Source of the DNA: Candidatus Omnitrophota bacterium
GTDB lineage: Bacteria > Omnitrophota > Gorgyraeia > Zapsychrales > Fredricksoniimonadaceae
Assembly: GCA_015233335.1 (NCBI GenBank)
Contig: JADFXX010000001.1
Location: 70,302-134,301 of the forward strand
Length of the DNA: 64,000 nt
Direction: 5' to 3'
Shown here piece by piece: positions 26,699-36,421 of this stretch (position 1 is its first letter; every line of letters begins with the position of its first letter). The notes below the pieces were generated by a model that saw only the letters and a list, made by a program, of their open reading frames with translations, was not told the origin of the DNA and did no database searches. The translations under genes and the position numbers were made by a program.

Positions 26699-28009
26699 TT
26701 ATACCTCTTTTAAAATGCTGTGGACAACCCCGTCGACCAGCTGTGTGGTCATGCCTTTGACGCCCTTAGCATCATTGACTCTGCGGATAAGATTCCCCTC
26801 ATGGCTACGGGTAACGCTAAAACCTCGTTTTAATATGTTTTGAGGGTCCGCCAACTCTGCCAGCTTTTGATATTGGTTTATTTTAGTCCTCGACTTTTGA
26901 AGGTGCAAATAAATTATTTTATTTAGATTAATCTTTTTGTCTTCCAGTGACTTTCTTGTCTCCTTGATCAAGCTTGCCGGGCCCCGCTTGAGATTTTCCA
27001 TAATCCCTGCGAGCCTTTGATGATGGCTTGTGATGAGACCCAGCGTCCTAGTCTGCAAAACCGTACTCCTATCTTTAAGACGACTACGCCCTTCCTCCAA
27101 AACCCCAAGCGCGCCTTGCATGATCTTTTCCTGACGCAGATCGATGCCGCGTAAGAATTCCTCTAGGCGCTCCACTAAAAATCTGGCTATGGCAGTAGGT
27201 GTCTTGGCAAAAGTATGGGCCGCCAGATCGGTCACAGTGGTATTGATTTCATGGCCTATGGCGCTAAGGACCGGTACGCCTGATTGTGCGATAGCCGTGA
27301 CAATTTTCTCACTATCAAAACAGCTTAACTCCGCAATAGACCCTCCGCCGCGGGTGATAACGATCACATCCACTTCAAGGATACGTTGAAGGTCCATTAA
27401 AGCTTTGATCACAGAACTTTGGGTATTTTTCCCCTGCATCACAGCATTGCATATATAAACCCTGAAAGCATAGCCGCTATTTCTCAGTTCCGAAATAAAA
27501 TCATGATATGCCGCAGAGTCATAGGAAGTAATAAGACCGACGTTCAAGATGACCAAAGGCATCTCTAAACGCTTGTTCATCTCTAAGATCCCTTTTTGTT
27601 TAAGCAATGCGATCAAGCGCTGGCGGTCCTGGGCAATTTTACCCAAGGTGTAGACAGGGTCAATACTTTCGACAATTAACCGCACCTGGCCATGCCCGGG
27701 ATAAAAATCCACTTTGCAAAGGAATTTAACTTCGATATCATCTTTCAATTCAAACGCATTTTCTCCCTTTTTGAGGATGGCATCGATTTTAGGCCGGACC
27801 GGGGCAAAAATAACCAGTCCTATGCGGGCCGTAATGTCCTGAGTCGCGGCATCTTTTTCACAGAGCTCAAAAAATATGTGCTTTTTATCTTTGCCGCGAT
27901 CATAGCCCTGTATTTCACCGCAAACCCATACAGCCCCGGGAAACCCGCTTTTTAGGACATCACGGATGAAATTATTTAATTCAGATACTGTTAAGAATTC
28001 ATCGCTCAT
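26699..28009 (-). CDS. xseA: exodeoxyribonuclease VII large subunit
   Basis: 436 aa; LTVSELNNFIRDVL...VWVCGEIQG (OB fold), ITRGGGSIAELSCFD, SAIGHEINTTVTDL. Confidence 0.9.
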   Translation of the reverse strand: MSDEFLTVSELNNFIRDVLKSGFPGAVWVCGEIQGYDRGKDKKHIFFELCEKDAATQDITARIGLVIFAPVRPKIDAILKKGENAFELKDDIEVKFLCKVDFYPGHGQVRLIVESIDPVYTLGKIAQDRQRLIALLKQKGILEMNKRLEMPLVILNVGLITSYDSAAYHDFISELRNSGYAFRVYICNAVMQGKNTQSSVIKALMDLQRILEVDVIVITRGGGSIAELSCFDSEKIVTAIAQSGVPVLSAIGHEINTTVTDLAAHTFAKTPTAIARFLVERLEEFLRGIDLRQEKIMQGALGVLEEGRSRLKDRSTVLQTRTLGLITSHHQRLAGIMENLKRGPASLIKETRKSLEDKKINLNKIIYLHLQKSRTKINQYQKLAELADPQNILKRGFSVTRSHEGNLIRRVNDAKGVKGMTTQLVDGVVHSILKEV

Positions 28010-28430
28010 GGTTTAGAAACCCCAGTTGCAGCATCTCTCTTTCGAGGTCCTGCCCGGCAGGAATAATCAGTGCTTCCATTGTCCCGAGTCTCTCATCCAG
28101 ATCATTTTTCAAGGCATGCAGTTTGCGGGCATTTTCAGTGCTTCTATTTTTGATATCTTTCGCGTACCAATCCTCATATTCCTTATAAGCCTTAAAAGAG
28201 TGATTAAAATCCTTAACGGCACAAGCATATAATCTCAGGGATTCATGGCGCTTGATCAAGTCCAGATCGCAAACCAAAGGCCATGCATCATTTAAAAATG
28301 CATGGCTTATAAACTGCCGCTGGTCCATCACATAAAACAATTCCAGGTTATTTTCCATTTCAGCCAAAAAGGCGAACAAAACTTTTCTCAATTGTTTTTC
28401 TTCGGGATTACCATTAAATATCGAAAACAT
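27999..28430 (-). CDS. hypothetical protein
   Basis: 143-aa ORF packed in an operon (11-nt overlap with xseA). No motif recognised. Confidence 0.45.
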   Translation of the reverse strand: MFSIFNGNPEEKQLRKVLFAFLAEMENNLELFYVMDQRQFISHAFLNDAWPLVCDLDLIKRHESLRLYACAVKDFNHSFKAYKEYEDWYAKDIKNRSTENARKLHALKNDLDERLGTMEALIIPAGQDLEREMLQLGFLNHER

Positions 28431-28439
28431 AATTCTCTC

Positions 28440-30623
28440 CTACCAAGTCAAAAATTTAAAAGTTTTGAGACTCACGGCCAGTTCATCCATGTTAATAATA
28501 GGCAAGATTGTTGAGTAATCATCGGTCCATACACGCTGTTTGTCAATCGATTCCGTATCAAGCGGCTGCCAGCCTTCTTTAGAGATCAGTCTAAAGAACC
28601 GCTCGCCATCCCACGTTAAAAGGCACCAGATGGAACGCATGTTAAAGCCCCCGTCCGGCACATCCTTGAAAGCGGCAAAGGCTCCCGTGTCTTGTGCAAT
28701 TTTAACTAATACCGGCTTTAAATTCAAATACCTATTGGTGATATGAAAAACCGCCGCTCCCTGCAAAGCAAGTTTTTTTTCATACTCAAGGATGACATCT
28801 TTATTGACGAGATGTATCGGTATGGCATCTCCGCTGAAAGCATCAATGATCAAAAGATCATACCAGGCATCCGGCATTTTTTCCAATGACAGGCGCGCGT
28901 CTCCTAAAATAATATTAACACTCCCCGGCGCTTTTGCTAAATACCAAAAATACTTCCCGGCTATATCTGAAACATCGCCGTCTAACTCATAATAATCTAT
29001 CGGACAGGACGGTTTGGCATACATGGACAATGTCCCCGTGCCCAAACCCACGACCCCCACCCTTTTAGCCTCAAAAACATCAGCAGTCAATAAACCTCCC
29101 ACGGCTGAAGTCGGGCTGTAATATCCCAAGGGGATAACGCGTTTCTCTTCGTCAATAAATTCAGCGCCATGCAAGGTTGTGCCGTGCACCAATGCCCGAA
29201 CTCCATTCGCTGAATCATAGACCTCATAAATCCCGTAATAATTCCTTTTCTTAATAATAAAATGGACATTTTGCCAGATGGATTCAAGCCAACAAGTCGC
29301 TATAATAATGCCGACCAAAACAGCAATAAAGAATTTCCTCGCTTTGGCCAATCCCCAAAAAGCAAACCAAACCATGCCCCATAAGAGAACAAAAGGCAAA
29401 ACATGATAATCCTTAAAAACATGAGGCCAAACAAAAAAAGCCAATACAACCATTAGAACATAAACGCACAAACGCCAAACAGGCACTTTTCTTAAATGGG
29501 AAGGCATCATCAGAGCGACTAAAAAAAGCCCGACTAAGTATTCTATCAAAGTATTGGAGATCAAAGGAATGATCCAGCTGGTTAAAATCCCGCCTAAAAA
29601 CCCCCCCAAGGAAATCATCACATAAAAGAGGGTCATTTGGCGTTCGGAGGCAGGTTTGGAGAGTATCAACTGATTTTGGGTATACATGCATATAAAAAAC
29701 AAAAAACCGCATAACAAGGCAATAACCATGAGGACCGGCAAGATATGTTTTTGCGATAAAAAATACATCAACGCCTGCAAGCCGATGATGGGTCCGATAA
29801 AGCGAATGATCCATGACGGGCACCACGGATTCTTTTTAAAATTCAGGACAAAAGCCATTAAATAAATCCCCAGAGGAACGACCCATAGCAAGGGGACGGG
29901 TGCGACTTCATAGGTCATGATATTGGTCACCGATAAAAACATCACAACCCCGGCCGCTCCCAGACATAGCCAGCGCAATATTTGTTTATCAGCAACCCAG
30001 CCAAAGGGTGAAACGTCGGCTACATGCTTAAAGGACTCGTCCGGTTTGACCCTCCAACAAGCGATCACGTTAGCAAGCACTAAAATGGCATATAAAAGCC
30101 GCCATATTTGCAACTGCTCTGTGTTTGTCAAAAACTGCTCAAAGAAAAAGGGATAGCTAAAAAGCGCCGCAAAAGACCCCAAATTAGACACCGCGTAAAG
30201 GCCGTAAGGGTTATCCCGCCCTTTTAAGACAGACATCGCCAGCCAGCTTTGGGTCACAAGGCTCATCGTAGAAAGCACAAAAAAAACCGGACCGATCGTC
30301 ATGGTCAGGCGCCAGAATATATCCACCACAAGCGGCAGGGAGGTGCCGTAATGTAAAAAATGGATGTCACGTACGGGAAAAAACAAGAACGGGATAAATA
30401 AAAGCCATAAATGGATTTTTAAATAATGGCGCATCCCCCGGTGCCGCAGGAGCATATGGGCAAAGCAATAGCCAGCCAGCAAAACTGCCTGAAAAAAAAC
30501 AATACATGCCCCCCACACCAGATAGCTGCCGCCGTAACTCGGGAGAAACAATTTCGCGATGATCAATTCAATTTGAAATAATAAAAAAGCGGAAAGAAAA
30601 GTGATAGATATTAAGATCGCCAT
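28440..30623 (-). CDS. membrane-fused spermidine-synthase-like aminopropyltransferase
   Basis: 727 aa. About 450-aa polytopic N-terminal region, then a SpeE-like domain: RVGVVGLGTGT, YYELDGDV, DLLIIDAFSGDAIPIHL. Confidence 0.75.
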   Translation of the reverse strand: MAILISITFLSAFLLFQIELIIAKLFLPSYGGSYLVWGACIVFFQAVLLAGYCFAHMLLRHRGMRHYLKIHLWLLFIPFLFFPVRDIHFLHYGTSLPLVVDIFWRLTMTIGPVFFVLSTMSLVTQSWLAMSVLKGRDNPYGLYAVSNLGSFAALFSYPFFFEQFLTNTEQLQIWRLLYAILVLANVIACWRVKPDESFKHVADVSPFGWVADKQILRWLCLGAAGVVMFLSVTNIMTYEVAPVPLLWVVPLGIYLMAFVLNFKKNPWCPSWIIRFIGPIIGLQALMYFLSQKHILPVLMVIALLCGFLFFICMYTQNQLILSKPASERQMTLFYVMISLGGFLGGILTSWIIPLISNTLIEYLVGLFLVALMMPSHLRKVPVWRLCVYVLMVVLAFFVWPHVFKDYHVLPFVLLWGMVWFAFWGLAKARKFFIAVLVGIIIATCWLESIWQNVHFIIKKRNYYGIYEVYDSANGVRALVHGTTLHGAEFIDEEKRVIPLGYYSPTSAVGGLLTADVFEAKRVGVVGLGTGTLSMYAKPSCPIDYYELDGDVSDIAGKYFWYLAKAPGSVNIILGDARLSLEKMPDAWYDLLIIDAFSGDAIPIHLVNKDVILEYEKKLALQGAAVFHITNRYLNLKPVLVKIAQDTGAFAAFKDVPDGGFNMRSIWCLLTWDGERFFRLISKEGWQPLDTESIDKQRVWTDDYSTILPIINMDELAVSLKTFKFLTW

Positions 30624-30710
30624 GGGGACATATTAAATGTAAAAAATTCCTTTGTCATTGAAAAAAAAATATCATTGCGAACCCTAAAGCACACTGATAG
30701 AATCCCGCAA

Positions 30711-31862
30711 ATGAAGATTTCCAAACAGTTTAAAAAATATCCATACCGCACCAGAGTCATCAAGAAAATCGAAAGCATCTCACCTGAAGAGTTTGGCCGG
30801 ATATTCCCCCCTGTGAGCGAAGGATACCAGTTCTTCAAAACACTGGATGAATCGAAATTCACACAGTTCCTTTTTTATTATATCCTTGTTTATGACCATA
30901 AACAATTAGTCAGTGTTGCCCCCTGTTTTTCTGTCAACTATTCACTGGATACCAGTATGAGCGGCCCCCTTCGCCGGATTTCCAATGCGATCAAAAAAAT
31001 ATCCCCTCATCTGTTTAGCATCAAAGCTTTGGTCTGCGGCATACCCATGGGACAGGGGCAGATCGGTCTGGCCCGTCAATCAAGGGACATCCTGCAAGCC
31101 GTCCAACAACGCATGGAAGAGTTGGCGCACGAGATCCACGCTCCTGTCATTGCCTTTAAGGATTTTGATCGCTCCTATGATGAACTTTTTGATCCCCTGA
31201 TCAAAGATGGATTCATAAAGATCGACAGCCTGCCCATGACCCGTTTAAACTTGAGCTTCTCAAGTTTCGAAGGCTATTTGAAAACCCTCAGTAGCGCCAC
31301 CCGTTATGATTTTCGAAGAAAACTAAAAAAAGCCGCAACAGTTAAAATTGAATCCTCCGTGGTAAGCTCTCTGGATGAAGAGGCCCTCGATCAAGTCTAC
31401 TCTCTTTACCTGCAGACCGTGACTGCGCATGAAACGGGCTTTGAAATCCTACCAAAAGATTTTTTTAGATTGATCTCTCAAAACATGCCCCATGAGGCCA
31501 AATTCTTTCTCTACAGGATCAACTCAAGACTGGCGGCCTTTGTTTTTTGTTTAGCCTCAAACGGGGTTTTACTGGATTATTACCTGGGACTGGACTACTC
31601 CCAAGCTCACGAATATCACTTGTATTTTTTCAAATTTAAGGACATCATGGATTGGTGTCTCGCTCATGGTATTAAAACATACGAGATGGGCGATACCGGA
31701 TACGAGCCTAAGCGCAGGTTAGGATTTGATTTTGTGCCGATGTCCCTTTTCGTCAAAATGCGTCCAAGGCCCTTGAGACCTGTATTAAAGATTTTAAGAG
31801 CACTGCTAAAGTTTGATAACTTTGACCCTGAGATTAAACGATGGAAAAAATCATTAAAATAA
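30711..31862 (+). CDS. GNAT-fold FemAB-like (DUF482-type) acyltransferase
   Basis: About 383 aa from the ATG at 30711 (the ORF track starts at TTG 30675). The C-terminal YHLYFFKFKDIMDWCLAHGIKTYEMGDTGYEPKRRLGF resembles the FemAB-like/DUF482 family as I recall it. The family call is tentative. Confidence 0.5.
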   Translation: MKISKQFKKYPYRTRVIKKIESISPEEFGRIFPPVSEGYQFFKTLDESKFTQFLFYYILVYDHKQLVSVAPCFSVNYSLDTSMSGPLRRISNAIKKISPHLFSIKALVCGIPMGQGQIGLARQSRDILQAVQQRMEELAHEIHAPVIAFKDFDRSYDELFDPLIKDGFIKIDSLPMTRLNLSFSSFEGYLKTLSSATRYDFRRKLKKAATVKIESSVVSSLDEEALDQVYSLYLQTVTAHETGFEILPKDFFRLISQNMPHEAKFFLYRINSRLAAFVFCLASNGVLLDYYLGLDYSQAHEYHLYFFKFKDIMDWCLAHGIKTYEMGDTGYEPKRRLGFDFVPMSLFVKMRPRPLRPVLKILRALLKFDNFDPEIKRWKKSLK

Positions 31863-32272
31863 GACAGTTGCCGCTTAAGATCTTCCTTTTGATCGTGGCC
31901 AATGACTTAATCGACACATCGGCCCAACTCTTAATGAAAAAAGGACTGGGCATTTGTGAGCTAAACAGCATCCGTTCTTTCTTTGATCATCTTTTAAATT
32001 TTGGCAATCCCCTTATTTTTCTGTTCTGGGCGGGGCTGATCATCTATCTTTTAAATTTCTTTATATGGATGAAAGTCTTATCCAAGGTAGATCTAAGTGT
32101 CGCCCTCCCTTTGGCCAGCAGCAGCTATATTCTCATTCCGATCGCGGCTATCTTCTTTCTGCATGAGCTTGTAAAACCCCTGCGCTGGCTGGGACTTGCT
32201 TTGATCGTGCTTGGCATATACTTTATTTCAGGAAGCAAGCCCTCAAAAGACCAAGGAGCCGTGCATGAGTAA
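31841..32272 (+). CDS. half-size EamA/DMT (ArnE/ArnF-like) 4-TM transporter subunit
   Basis: 143 aa with four hydrophobic helices. Paired with a second similar gene, overlapping it by 8 nt. Confidence 0.55.
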   Translation: MEKIIKIRQLPLKIFLLIVANDLIDTSAQLLMKKGLGICELNSIRSFFDHLLNFGNPLIFLFWAGLIIYLLNFFIWMKVLSKVDLSVALPLASSSYILIPIAAIFFLHELVKPLRWLGLALIVLGIYFISGSKPSKDQGAVHE

Positions 32273-32636
32273 GATCATTCTCCTTGTTCTCATCGCTGAA
32301 TTCTGGATTATCATAGGACAGGTCTGTTTTAAAAAAAGCGCTGACCGTTTGAATGCCCGGGGGAAAGGCCCAAAAACATGGGTCTTACATTTGCTTGGGT
32401 CCATATCGCGCACTCCGACGATTTGGATAGGCGCTGCTGCGATGTTCGTCGGAATGCTGTTTTGGTTTGCCGCTTTAAGTTCCGGCGAACTTAGTTATGT
32501 CTATCTGCTGGGAAGCATCCAATACATTATAGCCCTTGTTGCCGCACACTTCTTTCTAAACGAAAAAATCAACAAATCCAAATTGATCGGGACCCTGCTG
32601 ATTACGTTAGGAATTATTTTGACGATCGCCAGTTAA
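32265..32636 (+). CDS. half-size EamA/DMT (ArnE/ArnF-like) 4-TM transporter subunit
   Basis: About 123 aa from the ATG at 32265 (MSKIILLVLIAEFW...), four hydrophobic helices. Partner of 31841..32272. Confidence 0.55.
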   Translation: MSKIILLVLIAEFWIIIGQVCFKKSADRLNARGKGPKTWVLHLLGSISRTPTIWIGAAAMFVGMLFWFAALSSGELSYVYLLGSIQYIIALVAAHFFLNEKINKSKLIGTLLITLGIILTIAS

Positions 32637-32657
32637 TCAACTCGCTGGGGATGACAA

Positions 32658-33128
32658 TCAAAATTTCCGAAGACAACGAACGTAGGCTTCAGTCGGCTTT
32701 GTGTCGAATACGGGGATTGTACTGGAATAGTGAAGGGTACCGTCAAGAAAATTCTGGGACGAAGCGAATTGAGCGTTATTTTGTGTTGAAGACCAGTAGT
32801 TTGACGACATGACCAATTCACGACGACGAGAGTAAAGCAGGCCATTCAATTCAGTTTCTGTGGGCAAATACCAGCCGGAAGAAAAGTCTCCAAATTTTAA
32901 GTCCCGGCAATAAGCCACGGCGCTCTCCCATTTCATGGGTCCGGCATCTCTGGGTGTCAGCATATAATCAAAGCCGGCATATAACGCGCCCCCCTCACAG
33001 GTTTGTCCTATAAGCACTGGAGTTGATTGGGTCCCTGTACAAGGATCAGCCGCATACAAATTTTCTACACTGCCCGTAAAGAAACCAAGAGATAAGGCAA
33101 AAATGACAAACAGCTTAGAACATGTCAT
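32658..33128 (-). CDS. secreted DUF1566 (Lcl C-terminal-like) protein
   Basis: Start set at the ATG at 33128 (MTCSKLFVIFALSLGFF, preceded by AGAGGGGGA). W.SAVAYC..L....SGWYLPTETEL and C-terminal YVRCLR fit the DUF1566 pattern. Confidence 0.55.
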   Translation of the reverse strand: MTCSKLFVIFALSLGFFTGSVENLYAADPCTGTQSTPVLIGQTCEGGALYAGFDYMLTPRDAGPMKWESAVAYCRDLKFGDFSSGWYLPTETELNGLLYSRRRELVMSSNYWSSTQNNAQFASSQNFLDGTLHYSSTIPVFDTKPTEAYVRCLRKF

Positions 33129-33150
33129 TAAGATCCCCCTCTTTTGATGA

Positions 33151-34527
33151 TTAGGCCCCCAAAGCTTTTTGCAAAGCCTCTTCAAAAAGCATGACTGACA
33201 GATCGATTTCATCCTCGGTGATATAAAGTGACGGGGCCAAAGTAAACACATTTTTATAATACCCGCCGATATCCAGCACTAATCCGCGTTTTTTCCCCCC
33301 GGCTGTCAACTGGGCCCCTAAGCCGATATTCATGATCCGGTCCGTCAGATCGCGATCAGGCGTAAACCCGTCCTTTTGACATATTTCAATACGCAGCGCT
33401 AACCCCAAACCGTCTACCTGACCGATAGATGGATATTTTTTCTGAAGATTCTTAAGCTGTTTTAGAAAATACGCCCCTCTTTTAGGCACATCCACATCAA
33501 AATTTGAATCTTCGATCAAGTCCATCACGGCCAATCCAGCGGCAGTGCCAAGGGGATTGGAAGAAAATGTGGAATGGGTCATCCCCGGAGGAAAAACTTC
33601 CGGTGAAATAAGCTCTTCTTTGGCCCAGATCCCGGAAATAGGGTTAAGACCGTTGGTCAGGGCTTTACCGAAAACAATAATGTCCGGCACCACCCCGAAA
33701 TGTTCGATGGACCATAACTTTCCGGTGCGGTAAAAGCCCATCTGGATCTCATCCGCGACAAATAAGACATGATATTTATCCAGGGTCTTTTTCAGTTCTT
33801 TAAAATAATCCATAGGAGGGACAATATATCCTCCGGTCGCCTGCACGGGCTCGACAAAAAAAGCGCCATATTCGCAGTTTTTATTTTTGGGATTGACCAA
33901 GGAATAATATTCAGATTCAAACAACTTCTCAAATCTCCTTAAGCAGGCAAGGCCGCAACTTTCCCGTGACTTGCCTTCAGGACAGCGGAAGCAATAGGGA
34001 TAAGGGACAAAATGGGCCCGATCGGAAAAATGGCCATAATGTTCCCGATAGCGGTAACTGGAAGTGATGGCCGTGGCGGCAAGGGTGCGGCCATGATAGC
34101 CGCCCATAAAGGAGAACATCGGGATTTTGCCCGTGTGATTACGCACAACTTTAATAGCATCTTCAATGGCCTGTGCTCCCCCGACATTAAAATGCACCCG
34201 GCCTTTGACACCAAATTTTTTCTCGATATCCTGGGAAATCTTAGCCGCTAAGCGTATTTTCTCTTCATGCAAATATTGGCAGGCCAACTGCGGGAGGGTA
34301 TCGATCTGTTTTTTTAAAACATCATTCAAGCGCCGGTTCTTATAGCCAAAATTGGCCGCGGAATACCACATCTGTAAATCGACATACTGGCGCCCTTGAG
34401 AATCGTACAAATAAATCCCGTCCGATTCACGAAAAATATTTAATTGTTTGGCATAATGGACGGTGTCTCCCCAAGAGCAATACTTCGATTCCATCTCAAG
34501 TAATTCTTTGTCATCCATGGGTTGCAC
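33151..34527 (-). CDS. class III (omega-type) PLP aminotransferase
   Basis: 458 aa; GGAQAIEDAIK, GGYHGRT, EPVQATGGYIVPP, FVADEIQMGFYRTG, and FGKALTNG (Schiff-base Lys). Confidence 0.9.
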   Translation of the reverse strand: MQPMDDKELLEMESKYCSWGDTVHYAKQLNIFRESDGIYLYDSQGRQYVDLQMWYSAANFGYKNRRLNDVLKKQIDTLPQLACQYLHEEKIRLAAKISQDIEKKFGVKGRVHFNVGGAQAIEDAIKVVRNHTGKIPMFSFMGGYHGRTLAATAITSSYRYREHYGHFSDRAHFVPYPYCFRCPEGKSRESCGLACLRRFEKLFESEYYSLVNPKNKNCEYGAFFVEPVQATGGYIVPPMDYFKELKKTLDKYHVLFVADEIQMGFYRTGKLWSIEHFGVVPDIIVFGKALTNGLNPISGIWAKEELISPEVFPPGMTHSTFSSNPLGTAAGLAVMDLIEDSNFDVDVPKRGAYFLKQLKNLQKKYPSIGQVDGLGLALRIEICQKDGFTPDRDLTDRIMNIGLGAQLTAGGKKRGLVLDIGGYYKNVFTLAPSLYITEDEIDLSVMLFEEALQKALGA

Positions 34528-34540
34528 GTCCTATTGATAT

Positions 34541-35269
34541 TTAACGGCTGTGACGGCCGGAGTTGATCGCTTCCTGAAAATAATTATAAACGTCTCCTAA
34601 GTCCTTATAAGGGATGCAGGGCAGCTCTTCCTTGTTCATAAAACGCAATAAATTATCCTTGGCAAAAACAATATCCGAAACGCGCGCGGGGCAAAAATCC
34701 GAACGGCCGTCTCCAACAAAAACGATCAGCTTATTTTCCGTTTTGTCTTTAGTCAAATGGATCTTCTTGCAATGGGCGCAAGTCAGGCAAAAAGGATTGT
34801 CATAAGGGAAAGACGGGATGATATGGTCACGATAGAATCTCAGGGAGTTGCCGTAGACTTTCAGGTCCTTGATCCTGTGGTATTCTAAGATCTTCTCGAT
34901 GATGCAGGTAAAGTTATCACTCAAGATCACCGGCTTAATGCCTTCTTGGACCAGCAAAGACAGTAGCTGATGAAAATGAGGATCCAGCTCGACTTTTTTA
35001 ATAAAATTAAACAGAGCGCTTCTCGTGACCCGCACGTTCTTCAACTGCCCTTCCAAGCATTCTTTAGTTCCGATTGTACCCTCCAACCATGCCTTTTCCA
35101 AGGCCATCCAATTCTTATTGATAGAAAAACGCCGAATAACATCGTCTAAAACATCAGATATGGTCATGGTATGATCAAAATCAAAAAACACACGGCAATT
35201 AGACAACACGATGGGCGATTTAGTGTGGAGTTTTGTTTCCATCTGATGAAGACGATTAACAAAAGGCAT
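34541..35269 (-). CDS. HAD-superfamily phosphatase, MtnX/PSPase-like subfamily
   Basis: 242 aa; FFDFDHTMT (DxDxT), VILSDN, GDGRSD, plus the Cys motif CLTCAHCK that I associate with MtnX-type HADs. Confidence 0.7.
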   Translation of the reverse strand: MPFVNRLHQMETKLHTKSPIVLSNCRVFFDFDHTMTISDVLDDVIRRFSINKNWMALEKAWLEGTIGTKECLEGQLKNVRVTRSALFNFIKKVELDPHFHQLLSLLVQEGIKPVILSDNFTCIIEKILEYHRIKDLKVYGNSLRFYRDHIIPSFPYDNPFCLTCAHCKKIHLTKDKTENKLIVFVGDGRSDFCPARVSDIVFAKDNLLRFMNKEELPCIPYKDLGDVYNYFQEAINSGRHSR

Positions 35270-35274
35270 ATTGT

Positions 35275-36162
35275 TTATGAGACCAGGGGTTTACCGGAAA
35301 AAAAGCGCTGCATATGCATAGCTACCGTATTACGCTCCTGATCAGCGGTTATGATATGGTAAGAATTATGCAGAAGCACGAGTTCTTTACGGGAAGACCT
35401 CACCCTGTTATAAATAAACTGGGAATTACGCTCGCTGCTCATATCATCATGCTTGGCCTGGATCAGTTGTATTGGCGTGGAAATATCATCTAGACAGCCG
35501 TTTAAATGTTTAACCAATTTTTGCAGTTGATACAATAAGGTCAATGGGAAAAAAGGATACCCGTATTGGGCCACCTGCTCCAAGTTATCCAGTTTCGCAT
35601 GGCTGTAAAATTCATGGATGCGCCTGCGGACCGCTTCATTCTTGATACCGTAAGGCGGTTCTTCCTTAAAATAAAAGAAATATTTAAGCGGCGTATTGTA
35701 GGCCAAAGGCAGCAGGAACCGGTACCATGGCGAATTCCATCCGTCATAGAAAAGCGTGGGAGAAAGACAGCTGACACCGGCTATCTCATTTTTGAATTCA
35801 TGGGATAACACCAGAGCTAATAAAGCCCCCATAGAAAGGCCGCTGACATAAATTTGCTTGAACTGCCCGCGGATCTGAAGATAAGATTGACGGACCGTCT
35901 GATAAAAATCCTGCCATTGACTCATTTGGAGAATATGGATCGGCGCCCCATGATTCGCCAAACGCGGGCAATAGACCGCATATCCCTGACGGTTCAGGTA
36001 ATTGGCCAAAAACCGCATTTCATGAGGCGTTCCCGTCATACCATGGATGAGAATAATCGCCTCTCCATTTTGGCCCGGCAACTCAAAGCCATTGTCGGGA
36101 AGATCCGACTTGCCCTTAGCCTTAAATAGATTCTTTAAATTAGCAGAAAACTTAACCGCCAT
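35275..36162 (-). CDS. alpha/beta-hydrolase (esterase/lysophospholipase-like)
   Basis: 295 aa; HGMTGTP oxyanion region, nucleophile elbow GLSMGA, and a C-terminal His in SYHII. Confidence 0.8.
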   Translation of the reverse strand: MAVKFSANLKNLFKAKGKSDLPDNGFELPGQNGEAIILIHGMTGTPHEMRFLANYLNRQGYAVYCPRLANHGAPIHILQMSQWQDFYQTVRQSYLQIRGQFKQIYVSGLSMGALLALVLSHEFKNEIAGVSCLSPTLFYDGWNSPWYRFLLPLAYNTPLKYFFYFKEEPPYGIKNEAVRRRIHEFYSHAKLDNLEQVAQYGYPFFPLTLLYQLQKLVKHLNGCLDDISTPIQLIQAKHDDMSSERNSQFIYNRVRSSRKELVLLHNSYHIITADQERNTVAMHMQRFFSGKPLVS

Positions 36163-36167
36163 ATCTT

Positions 36168-36416
36168 TTATTTCCCTTCTTTTTGGGAGGCGATATAATC
36201 CACAATATTCTTGACGGTCCGGGCCTCATAGAGAGCCGCATCAGGGATCTTCAATTCAAATTTTTCTTCCAGCTCAAAAGCAACTTCCACGGACCCGAAA
36301 GAATCCAGTCCTAAATCCTCAACTAATTTAGACTCTAAGGTGATCCGTCCTGCATCCATGGTCAATTGCTTGGCCAAAATCTCTTTGACGATCGTCTCAA
36401 TCTCGCTATAAATCAT
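36168..36416 (-). CDS. acyl carrier protein (dedicated)
   Basis: 82 aa with the phosphopantetheine site LGLDSFGSVE. Confidence 0.9.
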   Translation of the reverse strand: MIYSEIETIVKEILAKQLTMDAGRITLESKLVEDLGLDSFGSVEVAFELEEKFELKIPDAALYEARTVKNIVDYIASQKEGK

Positions 36417-36421
36417 AGGTT

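Noticed and set aside
30652-30681. GTCATTG...ATCATTGCGAA upstream of the acyltransferase gene, a possible fourth copy of the GTGTCATTGCGA element
   Set aside because: Only the 9-10-nt 5' box matches. The 3' CGAAGCAATCT box is missing. A single 9-mer match is near chance expectation.
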